A stretch of DNA of 64,000 nt, taken from assembly GCF_020745735.1 (NCBI RefSeq), contig NC_083409.1:19984341-20048340 (forward strand), given 5' to 3'. Below the pieces are notes generated by a model that was not told where the DNA came from, did no database searches, and saw nothing but the letters and a program-made list of their open reading frames with translations. Below are positions 13,291 to 25,454 of the stretch, one piece after another. Within the stretch, counting starts at the first letter, position 1; every line of letters starts with the position of its first letter. The position numbers and the translations under genes were made by a program. The DNA comes from Hemiscyllium ocellatum. Taxonomy: Eukaryota.

Positions 13291-14647
13291 TATTTAACAA
13301 ATGGCCGTTGACATCCAATGGTGTTACCCTCACTGAATCCTCCACTATGAATATCATGGGGATTACCATGAACCAGAAACTCAACTGGACTCGTCATATA
13401 AACACCGTGGGCTACAAGGGCAGGTCAGAGGCTTGGAATACTGTGATGTATAACTCACCTCCAGATTCCCCATTGCAAATCCACCGAGTACAAAGCACAA
13501 GCACAAGCACAAAGAACAGGCCCTTCAGCCCTCGACGTTGCGCCGACCTGAGAGCTATTCTCAGCTCGACCCCCTACACTATCCCAAAATTATCCATGTG
13601 CTTATCTTTACTCAGCGAGTCGTGAGTTCATGGAATGACCTGCCAGTAACAGTGGTGGACTCTCCCTCTTTATGGGCATTTAAACGGGCATTGGATATGT
13701 ATATGGAGGATAGTGGGCTAGTGTAGGTTAGGTGGGCTTGGATCAGCGCAACATCGAGAGCCAAAGGGTCTGCACTGCGCTGTATTTTGCTATGTTCTAT
13801 GTTCTAAGTCAGGAGTGTGATGGAATACGTTCCACTTGCCTGGACGAGTACTGCTCCAGTAACACACAAAGCTCGACACCAGCCAGGACAAAGCAGCCCA
13901 CTTGATTGGCACCACATCCGCAAGCAGCCAAGCCCTCCAGCACCCTTCACTCAGTAGGAGCAGTGTGTACAATCTACAAGATGCAATGCAGAAATCTTGA
14001 GATCTTTAGCCAGATCCTCACCAACACGACCATTTAGGTCTAGAAGGACAAGAGCAGCAGATACACAGGACTGTTCTTGCAAAAGCCCCTCCAAACCACT
14101 CACTGGTTCTTCAGGATTGCTGTATCAAATTCCTGGAATTCCTTCCCAAAGGGCAATGTGGGTCTACCTACAGCACATGGACTGCAGTGGTTACAAAAGA
14201 AAGCTCACCAGGTTCTCAAAAGGAACTAAGAACGATCAATAAATGCTGGCCAGCCAGCGATGCCCAGACCCTGTGAGTCATTTTAAAAATGTTCATTGAG
14301 GAGCTTAGAATTAAAATTGGGTTCCTTGCTGCTCAGAGAGAAAATATCTTTCTTGTTCATTCATGGATTGGGAGCGTAACTGGCTGGCCAGCATTTATTG
14401 CCCCTTCCTAAATGTCCTTGAGAAGACGGTGCTGAGCTAGACCCACAATCTCATGAGGGAGGGACTTCCAAAAAGCAGTGACAGATTTCCAAGTCAGGAT
14501 AGTGGCCATTGTTTACAAGATGAGTCACTCACTTACTCAATCTACATATTTTAGATCCAACCAGCATCACACTTGCAACATTATTATTGACAAGTCAGAC
14601 AAAAGGATTACTTGGAGTTATTACCTTCATTTCATTCTGTGGGTTCA

Positions 14648-17600
14648 CAGAACATAGAACAATACAGCACAGAACAGGCCCTTCAGCCCTCGACATTGCG
14701 CCGACCTGTGAGCTATTCTCAGCTCGTCCCCCTACACAATCCCAAAATCATCCATGTGCTTATCTAAGAATTGTTTAAATCTCCCACATGTGGCTGAGTT
14801 GACTACATTAGCAGGTAGGGCATTCCACACCCTTACCACTCTCTGTGTAAAGAACCTGCCTCTGACATCTGTCTTAAATCTATGACCCTTCAATTTGTAG
14901 TTATGCCCCCTCGCACACGCTGATGTCATCACCCTAGGAAAAAGACTCTCACTGTCGACCCTATCTCTTCCTCTGATCATCTTGTATGTCTCGATGAAAT
15001 CCCCTCTTAGCCTTCTTCTTGCCAATGAGAACAGGTTCAAGTCTCTCAATCTTTCCACATAAGACCTTCCCTCCAGACCAGGCAACATCCAGGTAAATCT
15101 CCCCTGCACCTTTTCCAATGCTTCCACATCCTTCGCAAAATATGGAATATTGTCAACAGTTCTGGTCTCCAAGTGTGGCCACACCAGCATTTTGTATATT
15201 TGCAGCATGATATTGCGGCTCTGAAACACAATCCCTCTACGAATGAAACTGAAAACATCGTATGCCTTCTTAACAGCACTATCCACCTGGATGGCAACTT
15301 TCAAGGATCAATGTACATGGATTCCAAAATGCCTCTGCAGATCCACAGTACCAAGAATCTTTCCATTGACCCAGTACTTTGCCTTCCTGTTATTCTTCCC
15401 AAAGTGAATCGCCTCACATTTAGCTGCATTGAACTCCAATTGCCACCACTCAGCCCAATTTTGCAGTTTATTCAAGACGCCCTGCAATCTGTTACATTCT
15501 TCCACACTGTCCACTACTCCGCCAAATTTACTGTCATCGGCAAATTTACTAATCTATCCCCCTAAGTCTGCGTCTAAGTCATTTATAAAACTGACAAACA
15601 GCAGTGGTCCTAAAACAGATCCTTGTGGCACACCACTAGTAACCGGACTCCAGGCTGAATATTTTCCATCAACCACTCGCTGCCTTCTTTCAGAAAGCCA
15701 GTTTCTTATCCAAACTGCTAAATCACTCTAAATTCCATCTTCTGCATTTTCTCCAACAGCCTACCATGTGGAACTTTATCAAAGGCTTTACTGAAGACAG
15801 TTGCAACTGCCCTATCTTCATCTCCATGCTTGGTCACCTTCTCAAAAACCTCACTGAGGTTTGTGAGACACAACCTGCCCTTGACGAAACCACGTTGACG
15901 ATCTGAAATCAAAGTGCTGCTTGCTAGATGATTATAAACCTTATCTCTTATAATCTTTTCCTTAACCTTTCCTACAACAGAAGTAAGGCTCACTGGTCTG
16001 TAATTACCTGGGTCATCTCTACTGCCCTTCTTGAACAAGGGCACAACATTTGCAGTCCTCCAGTACCAAACCTGGAGACAATGATGACTCACATATCAAA
16101 GCTAAAAGCTCTGCTATCTCTTCCCTAGCTTCCCAGATAATCTTCGGATAAATCCCATCCGGCCTAGGGGTCTTGTCTATTTTCACTTCTTCTAGAATGA
16201 TAACACCTGTGCGTAACTAACCTCGATCCTTTCAAGTCTAATACAGTAGCGCCTCGACATACGAACTTAATCCGTTCCGCCACCCGGTTCACGAATCAAT
16301 TTTTCCCATGTTCACAGTGCACGCTCCAAAGACGAAATGCACACGCGCCAAAGACGAACTGTGCATACTCCAAAGACAAACTGCTCGTACCATCATTCGT
16401 AACTTGAATTTTGTGTGTATGTAGAAGCAAAACTTTATGTACAATACTGTTAGTAAACCAATTTTTTTGTGAACGCAGTCGTTCGTATGTTCTGCCGCTA
16501 CTGTATCTCATACCTTATTCTTCTCCTCTCCAATATTCTCCTTTTCCTGTGTGAAAATTGATGAGAGATGTTCATTTAGCACCTCTCCGATCTCCACAGG
16601 ATTCACACAACTTCCCCCTTCTGTCTTTGACTGGCCCTATTCCCACGCTAATCATCCTTTGATTTCTCACATACCTATAGAAAGCTTTAGGATTCTCCTT
16701 TATTCAATTTGCTAAAGACTGCTTGTGTCCTCTCTTTGCTCTTCTTAACTCTCTCTTTGAATCATTCCTTGCTGATCTGTAACTCTCCATCGCCTCATCT
16801 GAACCATCTTGCCTCATCAACACATAAGCCTCCTTCTTCTTCGTAACAAGAGATGCAATTTCTGTCGTAAACCACGGTTACCTTACTTTATCCCTTCCTC
16901 CCTGCCTGACAGGGACATACCTATCAAGGACATGAAATATCTGTTCCTTAAACCAGCTCCACATTTCCATTGTCTGCATCCCCTGCATTTTGCTACCCCA
17001 TTCTATGCATCCTAATTCCTGCCTAATCGCAATATAAATGCCCTTGCCCCATCGTTAACTCTTGACCTGTGGCATGTACCTATCCCTTTCCAACGCTAAA
17101 CTAAACATAACTGAATTATGGTCACTCTCTCCAAAATGCACACCTACCACTAAATCAAACACCTGACCTGTTTCATTACCAAGCACCAGATCCAATTTGG
17201 CCTCCCCTCTTGTCGGCCCTTCAACATACTGTGTCAGGAAAGCCTCCTGTACACATCGGACAAAAACTGATCCATCCGACGTACTAGAATTATAGCATTT
17301 CCAGTCAACGTTGGGGAAGTTAAAGTTCCCCACAATGACCACCCTGTTCCTTTCACTCCTACCCAGAATAATTTTGCTAGTCCTCTCTCCCACCTCCATG
17401 GAACTCTGCGGAGGCCTATAAAAATCTCCAAGCAGTGTGACCTCTCCTCTCCTGTTTCTAACCTCAGCCCACACGACCTCAGTAGACGAGTACTCATCAA
17501 AATTTCTCTCAGCCACCGTTATATTATACTTGACTAACAAGGCTACTCCTCCCCCTCTTTTACCGCCTTGCCTGTTCTTAGTGAAAGATCTAAACCCTGG

Positions 17601-19065
17601 AACCTGAAACATCCATTCCTCACCCTATTCTGTCCATGTCTCCAAAATGGCCACAACATCAAATTCCCAGGTACCTATCCATGCTGCAAGCTCACCTACC
17701 TTATTTTGGATACTTCTGGCGTTGAAATAGACACACTTCAAATCACTTCGCTGTCTGCCAGCACATTCTTGTGACCCCGAAATCCTGTCCCTGTCCTTCC
17801 TACTCTCCTCTTCCTGTGCACTGCAACTACACCTCCGGTTCCCATCCCCTGCTGAGCTAGTTTAAACCCACCCGAATAGCATCAGGAAAATTTCCCACCC
17901 AGGATATTAGTACCCCTCTGGTTCAAGTGAAGACCGTCCTGTTTCTACAAGTCCCACCTTCCCCAGAATGAGTCCCAATTATCCAAGTACCTGAAACCCT
18001 CCCTCCTGCACCATCCTTGCAGACACGTGTACAGCTGATATCTCTCCCTATTCCTTGCCTCGCTATCACGTGGCCCGGGCAACAAACCCAGCGATAACAA
18101 CTTTGTTCTCGCTCTCAGCTTCCACCCTAGCTCCCTGAAATCCTGCCTTATATCCCTATCCCTCTTTCTACCTATGTCGTTGGTACCTACACGGACAACG
18201 ACTTGAGGCTGGTCACCCTCTCCCTTCAGGACCTCAAAGATACGATCCGAGACCTCACGGACCCTGTCACCTGGGAGGCAACACACCAACCGCAAGTCTC
18301 GTTCGTTCCCTACAAATCTTCTATCTGAGCCTCTAACTATCGAATCCCCAATGACTAACGCTCTCCTTCTTTCCCTCATATGCAACAGGGACAGCCTCTG
18401 TGCCAGAGAAGTGAGCCTCACTGCATATCCCTGGTAAGTCGTCCCCCTCAACAGTATCCAAAAGAGTATACATGTTTTTCAGGTGAACAACCACAGCGGA
18501 TCGCTCCACTGACTGTATTTCCCCCTTTGAACAGTCACCCAGCTTTCTTCGTGCCTAGGAGTAACTACTTCCCTCGAACTCTTATCTATTACAGCAGCTC
18601 CCTCGTGAATGATCCGAAGTTCATCCATCTCCCGCTCCAGTTCCCGAACACTGTCTTGGCGGAGCGAGAGTTGGGTGCGCTACGTGCAGATGTACTTGGA
18701 TGGGACACTAATGGCGTCCCTCACCTCAAACATCATGCACGAGGAACATTGCTGTCCCTGCACTGCCATCACTGCTAGTCCCCTTATCACAAAGTAAAAA
18801 AACGAAGTGATGCCTACTTGATATCTCCCTAGTTATTAATGTTAGAGGAGGTGGTTGGGTGGGAGGCCCTACAAAGGGAGGGTCTCGGCTTGAGAAAACA
18901 CTGAATTATATAGCTGGATGGAAATAAAAATAAGAAGTCCCTCCTTTCCCAGAAACCGCTGCTCTCTGACTTCAAATTTAAAAGCTCAAATCAGTGACTC
19001 ACTGCGCCCAGCAGGCCTCTGGTACAAGCTCTCATCCGTCGAGTTGCTGCTGCCGCTGAAAAACA
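14648..19065 (-). mobile_element. Near full-length decayed CR1 LINE: ORF1 (Cys-rich N-terminus + SGNH esterase), ORF2 (APE endonuclease + RT), microsatellite tail
   Basis: ORF1 ALVIGDSIVRGSD...VVVRVGTNDIG (17945-18451); APE VVIVGNFNFPNVDW...LDLVLGN..SDHN (17055-17612); RT NYRPVSLTSVVGK...QRGFVKGRLCLTNL (15718-16092); C-terminal region 14732-15304; (TTCTATG)-like tail near 14650. Contains a MITE at 16244-16503. Confidence 0.95.
16244..16503. mobile_element. Tigger/pogo-like MITE
   Basis: Imperfect TIRs CAGTAGCGCCTCGACATACGAAC / GTTCGTATGTTCTGCCGCTACTG, TA on both sides (16242-43, 16504-05); the host CR1 resumes after it. Confidence 0.85.
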
Positions 19066-19089
19066 GAAATGGAGGACTCCCATGCTCAT

Positions 19090-19217
19090 GGTAAGTTCCT
19101 CGCTCATTTGAAGAAAGCAGGGTTAATTCAGCTTGGCTTCATCCATGGGGTTTAGCTTACACTGGGGTCTTCAGAAAACATCTCAGCAAAAATTTCTCTT
19201 GTCACATTAAATACAAG
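19090..19217 (-). pseudogene. CEP350: CEP350-like pseudogene exon 3 (three in-frame stops; 3' end lost near the CR1 5' end)
   Basis: Acceptor cttcttccAG at 19218-19; reads LVFNVTREIFAEMFSEDPSVS*TPWMKPS*INPAFFK*ARN versus recalled human CEP350 AVFDLTKEIFEEIFAEDPNLNQPVWMKPCRINSSYFRRVKN; stops at 19152-54, 19128-30 and 19104-06. Confidence 0.85.
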
Positions 19218-19358
19218 CTGGAAGAAGTAAAAGCGTAACAGGGAAAAGATTATATTAGATCTGCCCTCTCAGAGCTGCTGTAGAGCACGATTAACCCATA
19301 CCTTTCTTGCTTAACTGAGAAAAAATAATTGTGTTCAAACTCAAAAGCTGAATCTCAC

Positions 19359-19744
19359 CTCACAATAAACTTCTACACTCATTCTCTACATCTTTCCATT
19401 TATTATTTTCAAGACAGTCTGAGAGTATTTGTAGACCTGCTGGATCATGGCCAAGTTCCTGCAACTTCCACAGATCCACAGCCGCTGCATGAACCATCTT
19501 CTCAACCTCTAAAGCATCAGGAGCTACAGCAAAGTCAGGTTCCCTTTGGATTTTCAGAGGCACATCCTTTTGAAGACTGGGCCTCCTGCACTGGCTGCTG
19601 CACTTTGCTACAGCTCAGCCCAAAGTCCTCATCAAACCAATCTTGGTCATCTACCAGGTCATCGAGTGCATCGTGACTCAATTTCAACTCTGCCAGGCAT
19701 TTGGCCAAATCTTCCTGCCCACTTGTGCCAAACACCGGGCTGCC
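19359..19744 (-). pseudogene. CEP350: CEP350-like pseudogene exon 2 (frameshifted)
   Basis: Acceptor ttgtaacAG|GGC and donor GAG|GTGAGA; GSPVFGTSGQEDLAKCLAELKL...DDQDWFDEDFGLS, then after a shift AVAPDALEVEKMVHAAAVDLWKLQELGHD, matching recalled CEP350 ESPVFGASGQERLAKRLAELEL..DDQDWFDEDFGLSS and AVPHTAEEVEILVHNAAEELWKWKELGHD. Confidence 0.88.
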
Positions 19745-20074
19745 CTGTTACAAATTACAGGCTGTTGGTCAATCTAGAATCTGAAGATCAGGAACAAAAA
19801 CGATGAAATTCATTTCAAAACATTAATGACCAATACATAGCTTTAATAAACTGTGATCAAAGCATGAAACAAACAAGAACCTTCTTTTTATCTCTCAGAG
19901 TATATGTCTGACGAATTCAACACAGGCTGGAATTCATTTCCAATTTATTCTCAGCCATGTAATGAAAGTCATGGTTTCCATATGGAGTGAGAACCAGAAC
20001 ATCAAACAGTGTATTTTATATTAGAGTGAGTACTCAAACTCAATACAAAATTCATTTAATGGATCAGGATAAAT

Positions 20075-20710
20075 AGAGTCAGAGATGTACAGCATGGAAA
20101 CAGACCCTTCAGTCTGACACACCCATGCCGATAAGATATCCCAACCCAATCTAGTCCCACTTGTCAGCACCCGGCCCATATCCCTCCAAACCCTTCCTAT
20201 TTATCGCCCCATCCAGATGCCTTTTAAATGTTGCAATTGTACCAGCCTCCACCACTTCCTCTGGCAGCTCATTCCATACACATACCACCCTCTGCGTGAA
20301 AAAGTTGCCCCTTAGGTCTCTTTTACATCCTAACCCTCTCACCCTAAACTTCTAGTTCTGAACTCCCCCACCCCAGGGAAAACATCATTGTATATTTATC
20401 CTATCCATACCCCTCATGATTTTATAAGCCTCTGTAAGGTCACTCCCCATCCTCCAACACTCCAGGAAAAACAGCCCAGGCCAATTCAACATCTCCCTAT
20501 AGCTGAAAACCTCCAACCCTGGCAACATCCTTGTCGATCTTTTCTGAACCCTTTCAAGTTTCACAATCTCTTTCCGAAAGGAAGGAGACCAGAATTACAT
20601 GTAACATTCCAACAGTGCCCTAAACAATGCCACGTACAGCCACAACAGACCTCCCAACTCCAGGACTCAATACTCTGACAAATGAAGGAAAACATACGAA
20701 ACGCCTTTGT
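20075..20710 (-). mobile_element. CR1 LINE 3' fragment inside the CEP350-like intron
   Basis: RDLRGNFFTQRVVCVWNELPEEVVEAG. Confidence 0.85.
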
Positions 20711-22091
20711 TTTATACTCCGTTTTAAATTTTAAAATTTTTTGTCCTAATCAAGGTGGCGAAAGAATCATCTTTACAAAGTTGCAAAGTATCACAAGTCA
20801 TCTTACTGAGCTTTAAAAATAAACTATGTCACACTTATCCATTAGTTGTAATCAGTATTTCATTCGGCTCACAAAGGGAGAGATCCCACCGCTGATATCA
20901 TGGAGTGTGGAGGATGAGAAGAATACAGCTTTTGAACAGTTTAGGGTCAGATACATCATGATGAAACCAGCAAATATCCTTCAAACTGTTCAACTGCAAG
21001 AAATATGGCGAGTTACGATTAACCACATTTTTGGAAATTGATACAGGCTGTTCAAATCTTTCCTGGTTCCACGTAGAAGTATGGAGAATCTCTTCATCTA
21101 CCAACTGTCATGTATTTAGGGGAATGAATGATTTCAGGCTGAATGTTCTGAGCTTCAACTTTCCAACTTCAGGTCACTTTCAGTCGACTGCTGCACCCCT
21201 TTTTATTCCTGCACTTTATGGGTAAACGCAAATATTGACAAATCAGAAAAACATATGTCGGTTTAGTCAGGATGTTGCTGTGTCAAATCAAACTGACCCA
21301 AGCTCCTATTTCAGTGATTTCCTACATTGAATGCTCAGAAAAGAATGGGCAGTATGAGAACTTGTCAAGCACTTTCATGAAAACAGCTACTTATCCAATC
21401 AATGTTAATATGTGCAAACCATAAACCCTTCTGTTCTTCTCATAAGATGGTCATTCAGGCTCGGGACTTTGCTTCAGAACACTACTCTGGATAAACTGTG
21501 TGTACACTGAATTCGTCAGAAATTGAAAAGCATGATTCAAAATTTAGGTTAAAAAAACCCTCTTTAAAAACACTGCCTCCCTTTGAGGAAAGGACAGAAA
21601 AGTGCAAGAGGTTTGAATTTCAATAGCAATCTTTCAGTTCTAAACTCAGTAATTACACTGTAGAAATGGTCACTAAATCCTTGAGAAATAATCGGGCGTA
21701 CTTATACATATTTTGAAAATTGATGGGCAAGGTAGAAAACACTGAGATACTAGACATTTCAAGAATATTCCCCAGAGCTTGATTTTATCACCTACAAATA
21801 TATCTAACAATTTATCAAGATATTCCTCACAACAGTCTTTTGGTAAAGGGGAAGACTCAGGGTAATTTATGAAAATGATGACCTGCAAAATGAGCCTGAA
21901 AAAAGTGGAGTTGTATTTTGCAATACTTTCCGGGAAATAATGACAATCTTATAAGTACATAAAAATGTGGGAATTTTATAAGCTCTGCAATTATTAATAA
22001 CACAATTGCATCAATGCTTTAAGACAGATAACACTTGCACAATTCTTAAAGTTAAAATCTACCCCAAAACGGGTTCAAAATTCATACTTAC

Positions 22092-22759
22092 AGGTCGAGA
22101 GCTAAGATCTGGAGATAATATTTCCTCCTTATCATCATCACTATCATCTCTTCTGGATGTCTCCAACTGGTTATCAGTCTTGTGTTCCTCCTCTAGATCC
22201 TTGGAAGATGACCTGGACCAGGATTCAACATCCAATTTGTACTGTAATCCTTGATTAGTAAGCTGGATCTTCTCAACTTGAAACTTTGTGATTTCTTGCA
22301 ATTGTTCAAATGGCGTCCTTGACAAAGCAAGATAATATCACATCAACCAAAGAATTGGCCTTTGAATCACTGCTCTTCAGATCATCTCCTTTAAAGTCTT
22401 CACTATCCTCATGATTGTTCTTGGGTTCCTCTCCTTTAACGTCCACGTGCTCCTCATGGATTTCCTCAGCTTCAGGCTCGAGGAATGGTACTTTAAACTG
22501 AGCCTCGAGTTGGTCCTTTTCCTGTTGAATGAATCCAACAGAGGAGTTGAAGAGTTCGTGTGGATATTTAGTGAAAACCCCTTCCTTTGTGCACTGGAAG
22601 AACACACAAACACATCAGTATTGTTTTGGGTTTCTGTCTGCAGGACTGCCTTCTCTATGAACACATCAGTCCGTTAATGTTTTCTTCAGTCTGGTCTTTA
22701 CTCAAGTTTGCCAATTGTTCCTCCTCATCAGACTTGGGCAAGCTCTCTTAAATTTAGGT
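22092..22759 (-). pseudogene. CEP350: CEP350-like pseudogene exon 1 (3' part of the large exon; frameshifted; cut by an LTR)
   Basis: Donor CCT|GTAAGT at 22091; STPLLD / QEKDQLEAQ, LSCFVKDAI / EQLQEITKFQVEKIQLTNQGL and DDKEEILSPDLSSRP match recalled CEP350 CTPLLDLLTREKNQLEAQ, VFVKDTVNQLQQIKKTRDEKIQLSNQEL and EDEKEEISSPDMCPRP; frameshifts near 22530 and 22310. Confidence 0.85.
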
Positions 22760-23544
22760 TGAGGAAGTCTATAGCCTTAAAACTTGTCCTTAAACATTTC
22801 CACTAAAATGTAATGTTGAATTACAGGACACATTTGGTGTTCGCCTGAAAATAGAGAGGCAGGAGGGTAAGGCAATTAAGAACATTTTCCTGAACATCAC
22901 TGAATCTTTTAAAAAGGCCACCGAGTGATAACATTCATGGCTTCTCCTTTGTGAAATTAATAACAGTGTTTGATTCTGACCTCGAAACGAAACTCAGTAT
23001 CAATTAATGTCTCTCCCGAATTATTGTCCTTCACTGTTATCGATCTCATTCAGAACATGCAGTGCTTTTGTTAACTTTTTGTACAGAGAAAGCCTGTTTG
23101 TGATAGTACAGCCTTTGTAAACTTTTGTATAAAAGTTGCCTGTTTGTGATAGTACAACAGAGTAACCTGCCAGGGCTCTTGAAGGAAGAGTGATGTCCTA
23201 TTCTCCTGGGTTTTTGGAATCCAGTTAGCCTGGCTTATTGGTATCAATGTTATGTTCTAACAGTTATGCTATTAGTAAATAAAGGGAGTGATTACAATTA
23301 AACTAAACTGTCTGGAAGAAGTTTTTTTTTAAATTCCAGACTCTGGATTAGTGGTGCTGGAAAAGCACAGCAGTTCAGGCAGCATCCAAAGAGCAGTAAA
23401 ATCGATGTTTTGGGCAAATGCCTTTCATCAGGAATATTTTAATTCCAGACTACCAAAAATACTATCTCCGGGATGAGCTAAGAAAGGCTTACAGGTTGAG
23501 TTCACAAGGGATTCCCTGAGCCATCTCAAACCTGCAGTTTATCA
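22760..23544 (+). repeat. 5' LTR (with a Penelope-derived insertion at 23343-23436)
   Basis: TG...CA ends, AATAAA near 23278, duplicated CCTGTTTGTGATAGTACA motif; homologous to 27762-28230 and 29300-29610. Confidence 0.8.
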
Positions 23545-23547
23545 ATT

Positions 23548-23566
23548 TGGCGCTGCAGCAGGGTTC
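23548..23566 (+). promoter_or_regulatory. Primer-binding site, tRNA-Ser-like
   Basis: TGGCGCTGCAGCAGGGTTC three bases after the LTR end; close to the complement of vertebrate tRNA-Ser(CGA/TGA) 3' ends as I recall them (TGGCGCTGTGAGCAGG / TGGCGCAGCGAGCAGGGTTC). Confidence 0.7.
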
Positions 23567-24059
23567 CAACAAGGGATAAGTTTGAATGAAACTCGAAAAC
23601 AGGAGCTTCACCGAACGGTCGGACTCGAGACCAATGGGTCCACAAGGTAAGATTATACCTCGATTGCTCTCGGTCTGTTTCTTTGTGTGCTGCTTCCCCC
23701 ATTTCATTCTCACGGTACCTGGACGAAACCCTAAATGAGATTGTTTAAATAGGTACTAAAAACAGAATCTTGTGGGATTAGAGGCCCCTGTGTTTTGTGG
23801 AGTTGGAGCCCCTGTAGATCAATAGTTATGTGAAGATTTAAACTAAGTCGGATAAATATGGGTGCGTATTAAAATTGAGCAACAAATTTGGGAAAAAAGA
23901 AACGGTAGTAAGCAGAAAGAAGCCATATCAGCACGGTAAAAGGTAGCTCGGGAAAAATGGAAATTCAATCATCATGGAGACAAAATTGTATTAAAAGGGG
24001 AATTAGTCCATTCACTTCCCTTGCCTAGTGCATCCAGTGAGTGTTTAGGGTGTCACTGA

Positions 24060-25030
24060 GATGCCATTGTTATAAGTATTGCTGAGTGATAATCAATGTA
24101 TTTAATAAATGGATTGGAGTTTATCCCTGTACTGACTGCACAGCAACAACTACTTGTAAAATTCTGTTAAAGGAAATCATGCCCAGATTTAGAATCCCAG
24201 TAACGGTTTCTTCTGATAATGGCTCCCATTTCTGTGCGGAGCTAAACAAGGCACTATGTAAGAGTTTGAATATGAGTCAAAAATTCCATTGTGCCAACGA
24301 TCTCCCAGCAGTGGGAATTGTAGAAAAAGTCAATTGTAATTTAAAAGGTCAGCTCAGCAAGTTGGTGGAAGAAACTGGTCGTAATTGGCTGCAAGTATTC
24401 CCAAATGCCCTTTTTAATATGAGAAAACCATGGCAGAGAAAAAGACGGGATTCTCGGCGACTGAACTGATATATGGAAAGCCCATGAGGACTCCCTGGTT
24501 TGCACCATTAACTCTCCAACACCCTGTTGATGTGCATGTCACGGCAGAAGAAATGCACACGTACCAGATTAAGCTGACCAAAGCATTGCAGTCGTATCAT
24601 CAACAGGTCAAAGCAGGAGAAAGTGAGGGCTGGAGATCAGAGCTTAAAGATGTTTTGCTGGAAAAGCGCAGCAGGTCAGGCAGCATCAAAGGAACAGGAC
24701 AATCAACATTTCGGGCATAAGCCCTTCTTCAGGCCATTTCCTGAAGCAACACATTTTTAAGAACAAGTCAAAGCAGCCCATCGAGTACCAGGGAAGGAAG
24801 AGGAGCTAACTCCAAAGTTTAAAAACATCAACCCTGGTGACTACGTACGATTGAAGGACTTTAATCATCAAAGATTGGGCCCTCGCTGGAAAGATCCTTA
24901 TCAAGATTTTCTGACAACTGAAACTGCAGTAAAGGTAGAAGGATGTTCAACATGGGTCGACAAAGGACATTGCAAGCTTGTATCCCCCTCACAGTCCTGT
25001 GTTAGTATTGATACAGGTATCCGATGAAAA
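24060..25030 (+). pseudogene. pol: Retroviral integrase (core DDE + C-terminal GPY/F domain), disrupted
   Basis: IPVTVSSDNGSHF...GIVEKVNCNLKGQLSKL core; C-terminal INPGDYVRLK..RLGPRWKDPYQDFLTTETAVKVEGCSTWV..HCK; frameshift near 24440 and an insertion at 24617-24761. Confidence 0.92.
24617..24761. mobile_element. Short Penelope-derived insertion with 15-bp TSD
   Basis: Flanked by AACAGGTCAAAGCAG (24602-16) and AACAAGTCAAAGCAG (24762-76); the minus strand carries CTGAAGA-A-GGGC-TTAT-GCCC-GAAA. Confidence 0.8.
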
Positions 25031-25454
25031 CCCAACACAAGTACATACGTCCAGATGTAACCGACCAATCTGTGATATCTCAGACTGCCTACAATTCCAA
25101 CGTAACTGTACAAATGAAACCTGTACTCATACCATTGGAAGTTATGAATGCAGCTGCCCAGCTGAAACTCAGTTAAACTGCTCACATTTTGTATCCAAAC
25201 ATCACTCTCGACCTTACTGTCATCCTCGCATCACTTCCATGCCAGACATCATGAGATGGCACAATTCTGTCAACCGAAAACTGTTACTTTGAAATGTTTG
25301 TCTGTTCCCCTCTCAAAACAAACCGTACAGATTGCAGTATTGAGCACATAGTACCGAAATCACAAAACCCTCAGGCATCTACTCCCGTGACAGACAACCT
25401 ATGCCTTCTCGACGGCACCTTCACCTATTCGACCTACCACCACTGACAGAAATA

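Noticed and set aside
20826-21225. Overlapping short ORFs that might be a transposase remnant
   Set aside because: No diagnostic motif, TIR or TSD.
21673-21888. 71-aa minus-strand ORF with an acceptor-like site inside the CEP350-like intron
   Set aside because: The flanking CEP350-like exons already join in phase without it, there is no convincing donor, and I recognise no homology.
22377-22677. Alternative overlapping ORFs across the CEP350-like exon
   Set aside because: They reflect frameshifts in the pseudogene or antisense open frames, not separate genes.
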